Shown one piece after another: positions 36,335 to 48,491 of a stretch of 64,000 nucleotides of DNA. The notes beneath the pieces are model-generated. The model was not told where the DNA came from, searched no databases, and saw only the letters and a list, made by a program, of their open reading frames with translations. The stretch spans positions 58,066,445-58,130,444 of the forward strand of contig NC_068982.1 of assembly GCF_001194135.2 (NCBI RefSeq), read 5' to 3'. The stretch comes from Octopus bimaculoides (taxonomy: Eukaryota). A program made the position numbers and the translations under genes. The stretch's first letter is position 1; every line of letters begins with the position of its first letter.

Positions 36335-36765
36335 CATATACATATGGGAATGTGAAACTCTGTATAAGTGTGTGTATATATATATATATATATACATGAC
36401 ACACACACACACATGTGCACACAAACATATATACATATATATACACATGACATACACACACACTATATATATATGACATATACATGACATATACATATAT
36501 ATATATATATAAATGGCACATACATACATATATATATATATGCACATGACACATATATATATATATATATAAATGACATATATATACATGACATATACAT
36601 ATATATATGACATACACACACACACACACACAGATATATATATATATGACATACACACACACACACACACAGATATATATATATATATATACATCATATA
36701 TACATATATATACACGACATATACATATATATATATACGCAAGACATATACATATATGTATATAT

Positions 36766-36828
<63 letters not shown>

Positions 36829-36830
36829 TG
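36335..36830. repeat. Compound TA/CA minisatellite
   Basis: Repeated (TA)n-TGACATA-(CA)n-CAG units. Confidence 0.9.
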
Positions 36831-37504
36831 ACTTACATACTTATTTACAGAAAAGAGTCAGTCCCTCTGAAAACCAGTTTACAGATTTTAAAAAGTATTT
36901 TCTTTCTTTCCACATTTAGTATTATTTAGAAATTGTTTGTTATTTTTAAGTTGTGCCTGTGAGAGTATATGATATGTTGTTGTTGAAGCTGCATGATTAG
37001 TATTCTGCTTGCAGAAACCTAACTAACAGTCATATATATTTGTTATTACTCTAAACTGTACATCAAACTTTCCAGCTGACAGCAGCACAGCTAAAGTGTT
37101 TTTTGTCATATGCAGATTGTTGCAGGAGCTAAACTCAGTCAAGTCAATGTTTTGATGTGTAGCCTATATAGAAAACAATACACAGAAAGTCAGAAACTGA
37201 AATAAATAGACAGCCTCTCACACACAATAACACTGTCGAGGATTGGAAAAAATCATTACAGTGTTAGAAAAAATTTCTGGCAGCATTTATTGCAGTGCTT
37301 TGCATTCTGAGTTCAAATCCCAGCAAGGTCAACTTTACCGTTTATTCTTTTAAGGATTAATAAGGTATTGAGTCCCTTGATAAATTCACTTCATTGTCAT
37401 ATGTCTGAGAAGTAAAATTTATTCAAATTTCCAAACTAAAAAAAAATTTGCAGAGGAAGGACAGACTTAGATAGAAAAAAAAAATAAAAAAACTTTTAAG
37501 ACAT

Positions 37505-37680
37505 CACCATTATCATCATTTAACATCCGTCTTCTTTGCTGACATGGGTTGGATGGTTTGATAAGAGCTGGCAAGCCGGAGGACTGCACCAAGCTCCATC
37601 GTCTATTGTGGCCTTCCTAATGTCAACCATTTCACAGAGTGGACAGGGTATTTTTTTTATATGGCATCAACACTATGATA
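37505..37680 (-). mobile_element. RTE 3' UTR fragment
   Basis: CATCATTTAACATCCGTCTTCTTTGCTGACATGGGTTGGATGG...CCTTCCTAATGTCAACCA. Confidence 0.75.
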
Positions 37681-39342
37681 AAAAATATTTTTCGTATTAA
37701 TTTAAAAAATGGAAAGGACTAAAATAAAGGGGGGAAAAAAACGAACAAATTTATGAGACAACCCAATTGAATTCAAGTCATGGGGTAGATTTAATTGAGT
37801 GTTCTCTTCCCCCAAATGCCCAGCCCTGTCTTTATATTAAAAAACAGTTATTTGGAGAAATGGATTTTCAAAATTCTAAGGGAGTCAAGCAAATTGCCTT
37901 GCAAAATTTGTTCTAGTTCTTTATGCTCTAAGTTCAAATCACACTGAAGTCAGTTTTTGTCTCTTTAGTTTTTATCATTCTGGGATCAATGAAATAAATA
38001 CCAGTCAAGTACTGGGGCTTATTTAGGCAACTGGTGTTGGTGTGTTTACATCCACGTAACTTAGCACTTCGGTAAAAGAGACACATAAAATAAGCACCTA
38101 GCTTAAAAAATAAAGAGTACTTATTTGATTCATTTGATTAACAATTTTTCAATGAAACATGCAAACGATAAAAGATTAAAAGAGTGGTATTGGCAGGCAG
38201 AAGTAGTATATAAACAAAGCCCTTGGAAGTAATTAAGAAGGTGACACCAGTCTTAGTAATTCAAGCAAATGGCAGAATTTGCATCACTATCAAACCCTTG
38301 AAAATGTTTGTTTTTAATGTCTTTATACTGTAAAAGTAAATGATAAATGAAAAAAAAAATGTCTTTCATAAGTGAATTTATAAATAAGGAGGGTGCAGTA
38401 TGGGATTAATGCAGAAATAGGTTCAAACGAGCTAATCAGATTCTGTCTGGTAAAGTCCATCACCTTTTATTATCTTATCAACCGTTCAAAGCACATAGTG
38501 CCAGAACGATGGAAATTAGACCAAGTCAACTTGGCAATCCAAGACTTCAGAATGAGTACTGGCATAGTTTCAATCTGCCAAAAGGTATAAGTTTAATCAG
38601 AAAAGCACAAGAAGCTAAAGGCAGCCGAACAATGATAGTTACTTTACAGAGAACAGAATACACAAATAGTTTAATGGCCTCATTCCAAACTTCCCTTTTC
38701 TTTATGACTGGCCTATTTATCAATTGTTCATCAGAAATTAAATTGCAAATATTCATTTCGGGTGTTTGAATTATTTCTTATTTATTTATTTATTTTTTAA
38801 GGATATTTTAATTATCTTAGAAATGTATTCATCTGAGAACTAACACAAAAATAATGTGTTCTTTTCCTCCCACTGCATCATTTCAATATGATGGACGACT
38901 GATGGGAATTTTTGATAGGTGTCATGATGGGATTAACTTTCTGCATTAAGATAATGGTCATGTTTTGTTTGTTTTTGTAGGTTAGTATTCATGTCAAGAC
39001 ATTTTCTGTTCAACAGCAATTGCTGAATAATTTAGTTCAAACAGACATACAAACATGCTGTGATATGCATGTGTGTATGTGTATGTGTGTGTGTAATATG
39101 TATATGTATATAGATATCTAGCTAGTTATTGATATACAGGCATATGTGTGTGTGTGAGTGTGTGTGTATGTGGGTATACATATACATGTACATAGCCCTA
39201 AATGCACACATACAGATGACTGCAGCCACATGGTTGAAATGAATAAAAGTATAGTTCAAATTTACAGAAAGCAAAAGACAAAGACAGGTGAAGGAACAAC
39301 AAGCAGGTGTATTAGTTTAATGCTTGGGAAGAATGGAAGAGT

Positions 39343-39378
39343 CTTTGACGTTTAGAGCCTATGCTCTTCAACAGAAAG
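39343..39378 (-). ncRNA. Degenerate minimal type-I hammerhead ribozyme (Penelope-type)
   Basis: Minus strand CTTT-CTGTTGA-A-GAGC-ATAG-GCTC-TAAA-CGTC-AAAG. Stem I CTTT/AAAG, stem II GAGC/GCTC, palindromic ACGT stem III, GTC cleavage triplet. There are two core mismatches to CUGANGA/GAAA. Confidence 0.6.
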
Positions 39379-39446
39379 GATTAAGAAGAAAAAAACAGAG
39401 CAAGAATGAAAAAGAAATGGAGAGAAAAATGTAGGGATTACTGGTT

Positions 39447-39486
<40 letters not shown>

Positions 39487-39584
39487 GTACATATATTCAT
39501 GCTTACATACATGTATATACACACAAACACACATACATATATCGTCTACCACAAGAGAACTGATATTCTAAAACAAAGGTTCCA

Positions 39585-39740
39585 TGTAAAAAGTACTGGT
39601 GATGGTGCCATGTACCAAGCACTGGTGACGGCACCGTGCAGCAAGCACTGGTGATGGTGCTATGTAAAAAGTGCCCAGTACACTGTAAAGTGATTGGTTT
39701 TAGGACGGGCGTCCAACTGTAGAAACCAAGCTAAAACAGC
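39585..39740 (+). mobile_element. RTE 3' UTR fragment with tandem repeats
   Basis: Repeated CACTGGTGATGGTGC units then GTGATTGGTTTTAGGACGGGCGTCCAACTGTAGAAACC. Confidence 0.7.
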
Positions 39741-40227
39741 ACCAGATTAGAAGATGGCATGCTTGAGTACAAAACTAAAATGACCATATCTTGAAGACCC
39801 AAATGAACTGTTCATTCATAAACCACCATGAACAACTCATGAACAACACATACATTTTTTGCTTAAAATATTAGCACCAAGTACTTGTATGATCTGTGTC
39901 TGCAAAATAGTTAATACTATTCATGATATAATGATTCCTTCAAAGACAAACCTGTCCACCAAGTCAGAAATCATCGTCATTTATGGTATAATAGTGTATT
40001 TGAAAACTCTTCTTGTTACATGTACCTTTGAATTAATTTGTCCTCATGGCTGTGTGGTAAGAAGCTTGCTTCACAACCACGTAAGTTTCAGGTTCAGTTC
40101 TACAACATGGCACCCTGGGCAAATATCTTCTACTATAGCCCCAGTCAGCTAAAGGCAAGTAAGTGAACTTGGTAGATGGTAACTAAATGAAGCCATCCCA
40201 CACACAAACACACACACACACACACAC

Positions 40228-40672
40228 GTCTGGCACCCATGCCAACGTTGTCTCCTTCATTGGAAACGAAACTTGGCTTGCGAAGACCTATTGGGGCAAG
40301 CGAAAGCGAAAGCATCAATGGTACCTGTGCCCAGCATCGCCTTCCTGGCACTTGTGCCAGATGGCACGTGTAAAGACATTTGAGCGAGATCGTTGCCAGT
40401 GCCGCTGAACTGGCTCCTGTGCAGGTGGCACATAAAATACACCATTTTGAACGTGGCCGTTGCCAGTACCGCCTGATTGGCCTTCGTGCCGGTGGCACGT
40501 AAAAGCACCCAATACACTCTCGGAGTAGTTGGCGTTAGGAAGGGCATCTAGCTGTAGAAACTTTGCCAAATCAGATTGGAGCCTGGTGTAGCCATCTGGT
40601 TTCACCAGTCCTCAGTCAAATCGTCCAACTCATGCTAGCATGGAAAGCGGACATTAAACGACGATGATGATG
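40228..40672 (+). mobile_element. RTE-tail element, young copy, between family-A SINE pieces
   Basis: Close to the reverse complement of 19440-19890 and ends (GAT)n. SINE A 5' halves lie at 40045-40190 and 40675-40850. Confidence 0.9.
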
Positions 40673-42305
40673 AGGGCACAGTTGTGGCTGTATGCTAATA
40701 TATTTGCTTCCCAATCACATAGTTCTCGGTTCCATCCCATTGCATGACATCTTGGGCAAGTGTCTAATGTTATATCCCTAGGCTAACCAAAACCTTGTGA
40801 GTGGATTTGGTAGATGGAAGCTGAAAGAAGTCCATGGTATGTATACATGTATGTATGTATGTATGTATGTATGTATGTATGTATGTGTGTATGTATGTGT
40901 GTGAGTGTGCTTGTGATTGTTGTAAACAAGTCTCACTGTCATACAATGTCATTCATTTCCAATATTCTAAGGGACCATGTCTGGTCTTGGGGAAAAATGA
41001 CCTTGTTTGGAAACAGGTGACAGTCGGTGACACGAAGGGCTTCTAGCCATAGAAAAGTCTACCTCAATATTCGTCTTCCAGACCATGCAAGCGTCAAAAA
41101 GTAAACATTAAAATGATGTTGTGTGTGTGTGTGTGTGTGTGTGTGCGAACAAGTGTGTGTATGTGTCATTATGTTTGTGTCCATCAACCCTGCCTACAGC
41201 TTGACAACCAGTGTTGGTTTGTTTATGTCCCCATAACTTAGTGGTTTGGCAAAAAAAGGCCAATGGAGTAAGTACCAGACATGAAAATGAAACCTATATA
41301 CTGGGGTGGATCTGTTTGACCAAAATCCTTCAAGACAGTGCCCCAGCATGGCCACAGTTCAATGACTGAAACAAGTAAAAAAAATAACAGACAGATAGAT
41401 GTCATTTGGATTAGAATTTAAAATACCCACCAAACCACTCAGCTACTAAAGCTTTAAAAGGTATTATTAATACACAAAAGGAAAGCTAAACAAATTAGTT
41501 TTCTGTAATTATAAATCATTCACAGTTATATTTGAAAATGAAATAGTTCTTCACAAAAGATGTTCATAANNNNNNNNNNNNNNNNNNNNNNNNNNNNNNN
41601 NNNNNNNNNNNNNNNNNNNNNNNNNNNNNNNNNNNNNNNNNNNNNNNNNNNNNNNNNNNNNNNNNNNNNNNNNNNNNNNNNNNNNNNNNNNNNNNNNNNN
41701 NNNNNNNNNNNNNNNNNNNNNNNNNNNNNNNNNNNNNNNNNNNNNNNNNNNNNNNNNNNNNNNNNNNNNNNNNNNNNNNNNNNNNNNNNNNNNNNNNNNN
41801 NNNNNNNNNNNNNNNNNNNNNNNNNNNNNNNNNNNNNNNNNNNNNNNNNNNNNNNNNNNNNNNNNNNNNNNNNNNNNNNNNNNNNNNNNNNNNNNNNNNN
41901 NNNNNNNNNNNNNNNNNNNNNNNNNNNNNNNNNNNNNNNNNNNNNNNNNNNNNNNNNNNNNNNNNNNNNNNNNNNNNNNNNNNNNNNNNNNNNNNNNNNN
42001 NNNNNNNNNNNNNNNNNNNNNNNNNNNNNNNNNNNNNNNNNNNNNNNNNNNNNNNNNNNNNNNNNNNNNNNNNNNNNNNNNNNNNNNNNNNNNNNNNNNN
42101 NNNNNNNNNNNNNNNNNNNNNNNNNNNNNNNNNNNNNNNNNNNNNNNNNNNNNNNNNNNNNNNNNNNNNNNNNCAGCAAGGAACGGACTGAATGAATGAA
42201 GTTTAGTATGAAGTCACTGATTGTCCACTCAATATCTCATTAAAAAAAATAATAGACTAAAAATAAATACATAAATAACACGTGTGTGTGTGTGTGTGTG
42301 TGTGA

Positions 42306-42355
<50 letters not shown>

Positions 42356-42870
42356 CTATAAATATATATATAAACATATATAAATATATGTATGTATATT
42401 TTTATATGTGTATATATGGGCTAAAATAAAACGTTATGTATGTATAAATAAATAGTAGACAAATACCAAAAGCAACAAAAACAAATATATGTTTGGTGAA
42501 AGAGAAAGTTTAAGAAATAAGTGAAACACAGTGCAATATATCTGAAGACATACAGACACAAAAACCTAAAGATTCTGCCTATAGAGCCTGAAGATATCAG
42601 AAAGAAAGAAGAAAAAAAAAAATGAAGAAAAAGTTGAAAGTGTATTTTTGGTGTTTAAAAAAAATAAATATAAAATAAATATAACTAAACGAAGAAAGAA
42701 AACTGGAAAAATTTTACTACCAAGTACAATCTTTAGTGTAAAAATAACAATTAAATAGATAGCAACAGCGGATAAATAAATAAGAAAATAAATACATAAA
42801 TTAAAACATCAACAAATATGAAAACCACATATTAAATTATTGTAACATTGAAAACCAGGTTTATGTTAAA

Positions 42871-42932
<62 letters not shown>

Positions 42933-43011
42933 TGTATAGATGCATACACACACATGGAAGATTCTGATCTTGTAATCATGTTAGACCACAATTATATCTT
43001 TGTGTGTCTGT

Positions 43012-43090
<79 letters not shown>

Positions 43091-43952
43091 CATAAAAATA
43101 CATACGTGTATGCATATGTGCATGAGCTTGCAAGAACAAAGCTTTTTACATACAGAATAATGTGCATAATACTTCAAGAAGAATATCATATTGCATTACT
43201 TACGTGTACATTCCCCCCACCCCACACACACACATGTATGCATATTTGTGTATGTGTGTGCTTCTATGTATACATTACAAAGTGGAAGCTTTCTTCAGGA
43301 GTGGTCAACAAAGAGCTTGAGAAGATATTAGAAGCAAAAACAAAAAGTATACTAAGAAAACAGTGTGCAAGACTCTAAAGAATATAGGAAACGCCTGAAA
43401 AAACTTCATTTGATCCAGTTCTTGAATAAGATGAATATGATAAATTATCTTCAAACAAGGTTACAACTAGATAAGTTGGTAGATGGTCCAATAACAAGTG
43501 TACTGTCCCATGGTTCATATTACATCACATTGCAGGTAAGGCACGCACACACATTAATCCATCCATATATACATATATAAAAATCTGTAAAACTTCCCGA
43601 AAGTTTATCATTTAAGTATATTTGAGCATGTCTAGATATGAAAGCATATGCATGATAAGACATACATAAAACAAAACATATAAACCTGCACATATACATA
43701 CATATATATGTACAAAAAATACCCCATTGTTGAAGTTGAATTCCAATGATGGAGCCTTAGAACTAGTTTAGAAACCGGTTCTTTCTCTATTGGCAAGAAA
43801 TCTTGAAGTAAAACTGAATAATGACATACATGCATACATACATATATAGCCACCTAAGAATCCATAAGTTAGAAAAAATACGCACTTGTATATCTGTCAA
43901 TAGAGTGGGTATATTAATCAAAGTGTACAGTATTGTATACCCCTTATGGTTG

Positions 43953-44083
43953 ATCTTACCAATCGGTTTCACTCTCAGGTTTCAGGGGAATGTTAAATAA
44001 CAGCTCAATATGTAGAAGAGTGCAGTGCAGGGCTGTTATCTAACACCCTGGTGAACCCCTAATGTGAAACGAATTGGTAAGAT
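43953..44083. repeat. ~130-bp imperfect hairpin (possible MITE)
   Basis: ATCTTACCAATCGGTTTCAC pairs with GTGAAACGAATTGGTAAGAT. Inner TGTTAAATAACAGCTC pairs with GGGCTGTTATCTAACA. Confidence 0.75.
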
Positions 44084-44139
44084 AAGGTGTAATGGATATA
44101 TAATATGGTACATTTCGATTAATATATATACATGTTTTG

Positions 44140-44470
44140 TCTCTTAACTTTTACTTGCTTCAATCATTAGACTGGATATGATGAGGCACAGGGTTTGGTT
44201 GAAAAAAATCAACCCAAGTACTTATTTTTTAAGCTTGGTACTTATTCTATCAGTTTCTCTTGTTGAACTGCCAAATTACAAGGATGTAAACAAACCAACA
44301 CCAACTGTCAAGCAGTAGCGATGGTGGTGGGTACAAACACATAGATGTATATGATGGGTCTTTTTCAGTTTCTGTTATCCAAAACCATTCACAAGCCTTT
44401 GGTTGGCCCAAGGTTATAGTAGATGACACTTGCCAAAGATACCACACAGTGGGACTGAACCTAGAAGCAT
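44140..44470 (-). mobile_element. SINE family A (degenerate)
   Basis: Reverse consensus from TTTTACTTGCTTCAATCATTAGACTGG to CACAGTGGGACTGAACC. Confidence 0.8.
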
Positions 44471-44582
44471 GTGGTCAGCTGGTGTTCGATACTTTGCTCA
44501 CAGAGCAATCAATATCTAGTGAGTGAAATTGGTAGACAGAAACTGAAGTGTATTGTATATGTATATGGCATGGTTTGTTGAT

Positions 44583-44999
44583 TTAACCCTTAAGCATTTA
44601 TGAGGGGGTGCTAAAAAGTTCCTGGGTTTAAGGGTATCATGAAAGGCCTGGCTGGAGGCCCAATCTTCCAAGTTCTTTTACAAGGTTTCAAAAAAACTGA
44701 AGGACTGCTGCAATGTGTGAATCTGAGAAGGTAATATGTGGAAGACTTCTTTTACCTAAAGCCAGGAACTTTTCAGCACTCCATTGTAGATTATTCTATC
44801 AAATTTAATGCTTATTTATTCACATTATTTTGAATTAATCATGCATTATCTCATAGCTTCAAGATTTCACCAATATGATTGTTTATTTTTAGAATGACAC
44901 TGTAAGAGAGATGTGAGCAACCAGATTGGGCTGAACTGAACATAAAATGGGCAGAATATTTCGGGCCTGACATGGTCAGTTTAAATTCTCATGGGTTGA
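44583..44999. mobile_element. Family-P TTAA MITE containing a family-M mariner MITE (44599-44788)
   Basis: TTAA-CCCTTAAGCATT, then TA-TGAGGGGGTGCTAAAAAGTTCCTGG...GCCAGGAACTTTTCAGCACTCC, then the P body resumes to GGGTTGA. Confidence 0.85.
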
Positions 45000-45432
45000 T
45001 CAAATTTGATAATTAATTAGTATTTCAGTAACTTATAGTATTCAAGTCAAATTCTGCCGGAGCTGATTTAACTTTGTCAGTACTCTACTAGTAGTGAGAC
45101 AACAGAAACAGATTCTTAGATTGTAGGAATTGAAATTCTAACTGACATGAAAGGATAAATCGATTTCATCTGCAATTCAATGTCACAAACAGATCATCAG
45201 AGCAAATCTCAGCTGATACTGACCAACTCAGCCTCTATTAAGCATAACACTAACCCATAGGATTCTTCTACTTGTTTCAGTTTCCAGAGTGTGGCCATGC
45301 TGGGGCACTGCTTTAAAGGGTTTAGTTCAGTGGCTCTCAACCATTATTTGCTCGTGAGCCCTTTTGCTTCATATTTTACTCTACTGGACCTCCATAATCA
45401 TTCAATGTAAAAAAAAAAAAAAATCCTACTGT

Positions 45433-46039
45433 CATCATCATCATCATCATCATCATCGTTTAACGTCCGCCTTCCATGCTAGCATGCGTTGGACGATTTG
45501 ACTGAGGACTGGTGAAACCGGATGGCAACACCAGGCTCCANNNNNNNNNNNNNNNNNNNNNNNNNNNNNNNNNNNNNNNNNNNNNNNNNNNNNNNNNNNN
45601 NNNNNNNNNNNNNNNNNNNNNNNNNNNNNNNNNNNNNNNNNNNNNNNNNNNNNNNNNNNNNNNNNNNNNNNNNNNNNNNNTTTGGCAGAATTTCTACAGC
45701 TGGATGCCCTTCCTAACGCCAACCACTCAGAGAGTGTAGTGGGTGCTTTTACGTGTCACCCGCACGAAATGGTGTCTTTTATGTGCCACCTGCACAAGCC
45801 AGTCCAGGGGCACTGGCAATGATCTCGCTCGAAAATCCTACGGGAGCCAGTCAGGCGGTACTGGCAACGGCCACGCTCAAAATGGTGCATCTCATGTGCC
45901 ACCCGCACAAGAGCCAGTCCAGGGGCACTGGCAATGATCTTACTTGGCTTGCCGGGTCTTCTCACGCACAGCACATTTCCAAAGATCTCGGTCAGTAGTT
46001 ATCGCCTCTGTGAGGCCCAATGTACGAAGGTCTTGCCTC
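45433..46039 (-). mobile_element. RTE LINE 3' end inside the hAT MITE
   Basis: VRQDLRTLGLTEAITTDRDLWKCAVREKTRQAK* then UTR and (CAT)n. Possible ACTGT TSD at 45428-45432 / 46040-46044. Confidence 0.9.
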
Positions 46040-46114
46040 ACTGTATTTATATAATTAGATATTATTAGGAATTGTATAAAATGAAATTAAAATATTTTGT
46101 GTTTCATAAAGCAT

Positions 46115-46477
46115 ACTCTTTTACTCTTTACTCTATTTGTTCCAGTCATTTGACTGCAGCTATGCTGGAGCACTGCTTTCAGTCAAACTAATCAACTCCA
46201 GGACTTATTCTTTGTAAGCCTAGTACTTTTTGTATCAATGTAAACACACCAATATCAGTTGTCAAGCCATGGTGGGGGAACAAACACAGACATAAAAATA
46301 CATACATATATATACAACAGGCTTTATTCCATTTCTGTCTACAATATCAACTCACAAGGCTTTGGTCATCCTGGAGCTGTAGTAGAAGACACTTGCGCAA
46401 GGTGTCACATAGTGGGACTGAATCTGGAACTATGTGATTGGGAAGTAAACTTTTTACCACACAGCCACTCCTGTGAC
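46115..46477 (-). mobile_element. SINE family A inside the hAT MITE
   Basis: Reverse consensus from (ACTCTT)n tail to TTACCACACAGCCACTCCTG head. Confidence 0.85.
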
Positions 46478-46939
46478 CATAGGCAATTTATTGCATATAA
46501 TTTTTAACAAAATCTTATATGGAACCCCAAGGGCCATATGGACCCAGGTTGAGAACCACAGGTTTAGTTGAAAAAAAACCAACCTCAGCACTTACTTATT
46601 CAAGTCTAACATTTATTGTATTGGTCTCATTTGTTGAAACACAAAGTTATGGGGGCATAAACCAATACTGGTTTTAAGCAGTTTGAGGGCAAACACAATG
46701 ACAAGCACATGCATTCTTGTTCATGTTGCAAATTACTCCAGATTTCTTGAAATTCTTCTGAGCAATATTTGGATCTGCTTGTCATACATAAGAAATTACT
46801 TTAGATGCTAATTCTATTTGAATTTATTGGTATCTGACTGTTTGGTATGGTTAATCAAGTTCACTTAACACTGAGTGCTCTCTAGATATCTACCTGGAAT
46901 TATGAATCCCTTTTACTTCTTGTTATACATACATACATA

Positions 46940-47796
46940 CATATATACTCTTTACTCTTTTACTTGTTTCAGTCATTTGACTGGGGCCATGATGGAGCAC
47001 CGCCTTTAGTCGAGCAAATCGATCCCAAGACTTATTCTTTGTAAGCTTAGTACTTATTCTATCAGTCTCTTTTGCTGAATCACTAAGTTACGGGGATGTA
47101 AACACACCACCATCGGTGATCAAGCGATGTTGGGGGGACAAACACAGACACACAAACACATACACACACACACATATACATACATATACATATATACGAC
47201 AGGTTTCTTTCAGTTTCCGTCTACCAAATCCACTCACAAGGCTTTGGTCGGCCCGAGGCTATAGTAGTAGACACTTGCCCAAGGTGCCACGCAGTGGGAA
47301 TGAACCCGCAACCATGTGGTTGGTAAGCAAGCTACTTACCACACAGCCACTCCTACGCCTATATATATATATATTATTTTGTTTTATTTTTTTACTTGTT
47401 TCAGTCTTTTGACTATGGCCATGGCAGAGCACTATCTTATAGGTTTTTTTAGTAAAAAAAATTGACACCAGGAATTTTTCTTTGTAAACCTAGTACTTAT
47501 TCTATCAGTCTCTTTTGCCAAATTGTTAAGTTATGGAGACGTAAACACACCAACACTGGTTGTCAAACGATGGTGGGAGGACAAACACAGACACACACAC
47601 ACACGTAAATACACACACACACACACACATACGACAAGCTTCTTTCAGTTTCTGTCTGACAAATCCACTTACAAGGCTTTGGTTGGCCCGAGGCTATAGT
47701 AGACACTTGCCCAAGGTGCCATGCAGTGGGACTGAACCTGGAACCATGTGGTTGGTAAACAAGCTACTTACCACACAACCACTCCTGCACCTGTAT
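46940..47796 (-). mobile_element. Two young family-A SINEs head-to-tail
   Basis: Complete copies at ~46945-47360 and ~47385-47796. A further 5' half lies at ~48660-48820. Confidence 0.9.
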
Positions 47797-48491
47797 CATC
47801 ATCATCATTATCATCGTTTAACGTCCGCTTTCCATGCTAGCAAGGGTTGACAATTTGACTGAGGACTGATGAAACCAGATGGCTACACCATGCTCCAATC
47901 TGATTCGGCAGAGTTTCTACAGCTGGATGCCCTTCCTAACGCCAACCACTCCGAGAGTGTAGTGGGTGCTTTTACGTGCCACTGGCACGAAAGCCAGTCA
48001 GGCGGTACTGGCAACGGCCACACTCAAAATGGTGTATTTTATGTGTCACCTGCACAAGAGCCAGTCCAGGGGCACTGGCAACGATCTCGCTCGAAAATCC
48101 TACGAAGGCCAGTCAGGCGGTACTGGCAACAGCCACGCTCAAAATGGTGCATCTTATGTGCCACCCACACAAGAGCCAGTCCAAGGGCACTGGCAACGAT
48201 CTCACTTGGCTTGCCGGGTCTTCTCACGCACANNNNNNNNNNNNNNNNNNNNNNNNNNNNNNNNNNNNNNNNNNNNNNNNNNNNNNNNNNNNNNNNNNNN
48301 NNNNNNNNNNNNNNNNNNNNNNNNNNNNNNNNNNNNNNNNNNNNNNNNNNNNNNNNNNNNNNNNNNNNNNNNNNNNNNNNNNNNNNNNNNNNNNNNNNNN
48401 NNNNNNNNNNNNNNNNNNNNNNNNNNNNNNNNNNNNNNNNNNNNNNNNNNNCTTGCCTCACCACCTCAGCCCAAGTCTTCCTGGGCCTACT
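47797..48491 (-). mobile_element. RTE LINE 3' end flanked by a 33-bp direct repeat
   Basis: RPRKTWAEVVRQ at the 5' break. CTACTTACCACACAACCACTCCTGCACCT(G/A)TAT occurs at 47764-47796 and 48492-48524. There is an internal N gap. Confidence 0.85.

Larger units (their letters stand above)
45328..46561. mobile_element. hAT-type MITE with 8-bp TSD, carrying two nested insertions
   Basis: Termini CAGTGGCTCTCAACC / GGTTGAGAACCACAG. GTTTAGTT is duplicated at 45320-45327 and 46562-46569. Confidence 0.9.

Noticed and set aside
43365-43580. 71-aa ORF containing CAG|GTAAGG
   Set aside because: Good donor, but no in-frame acceptor or homology could be supported.
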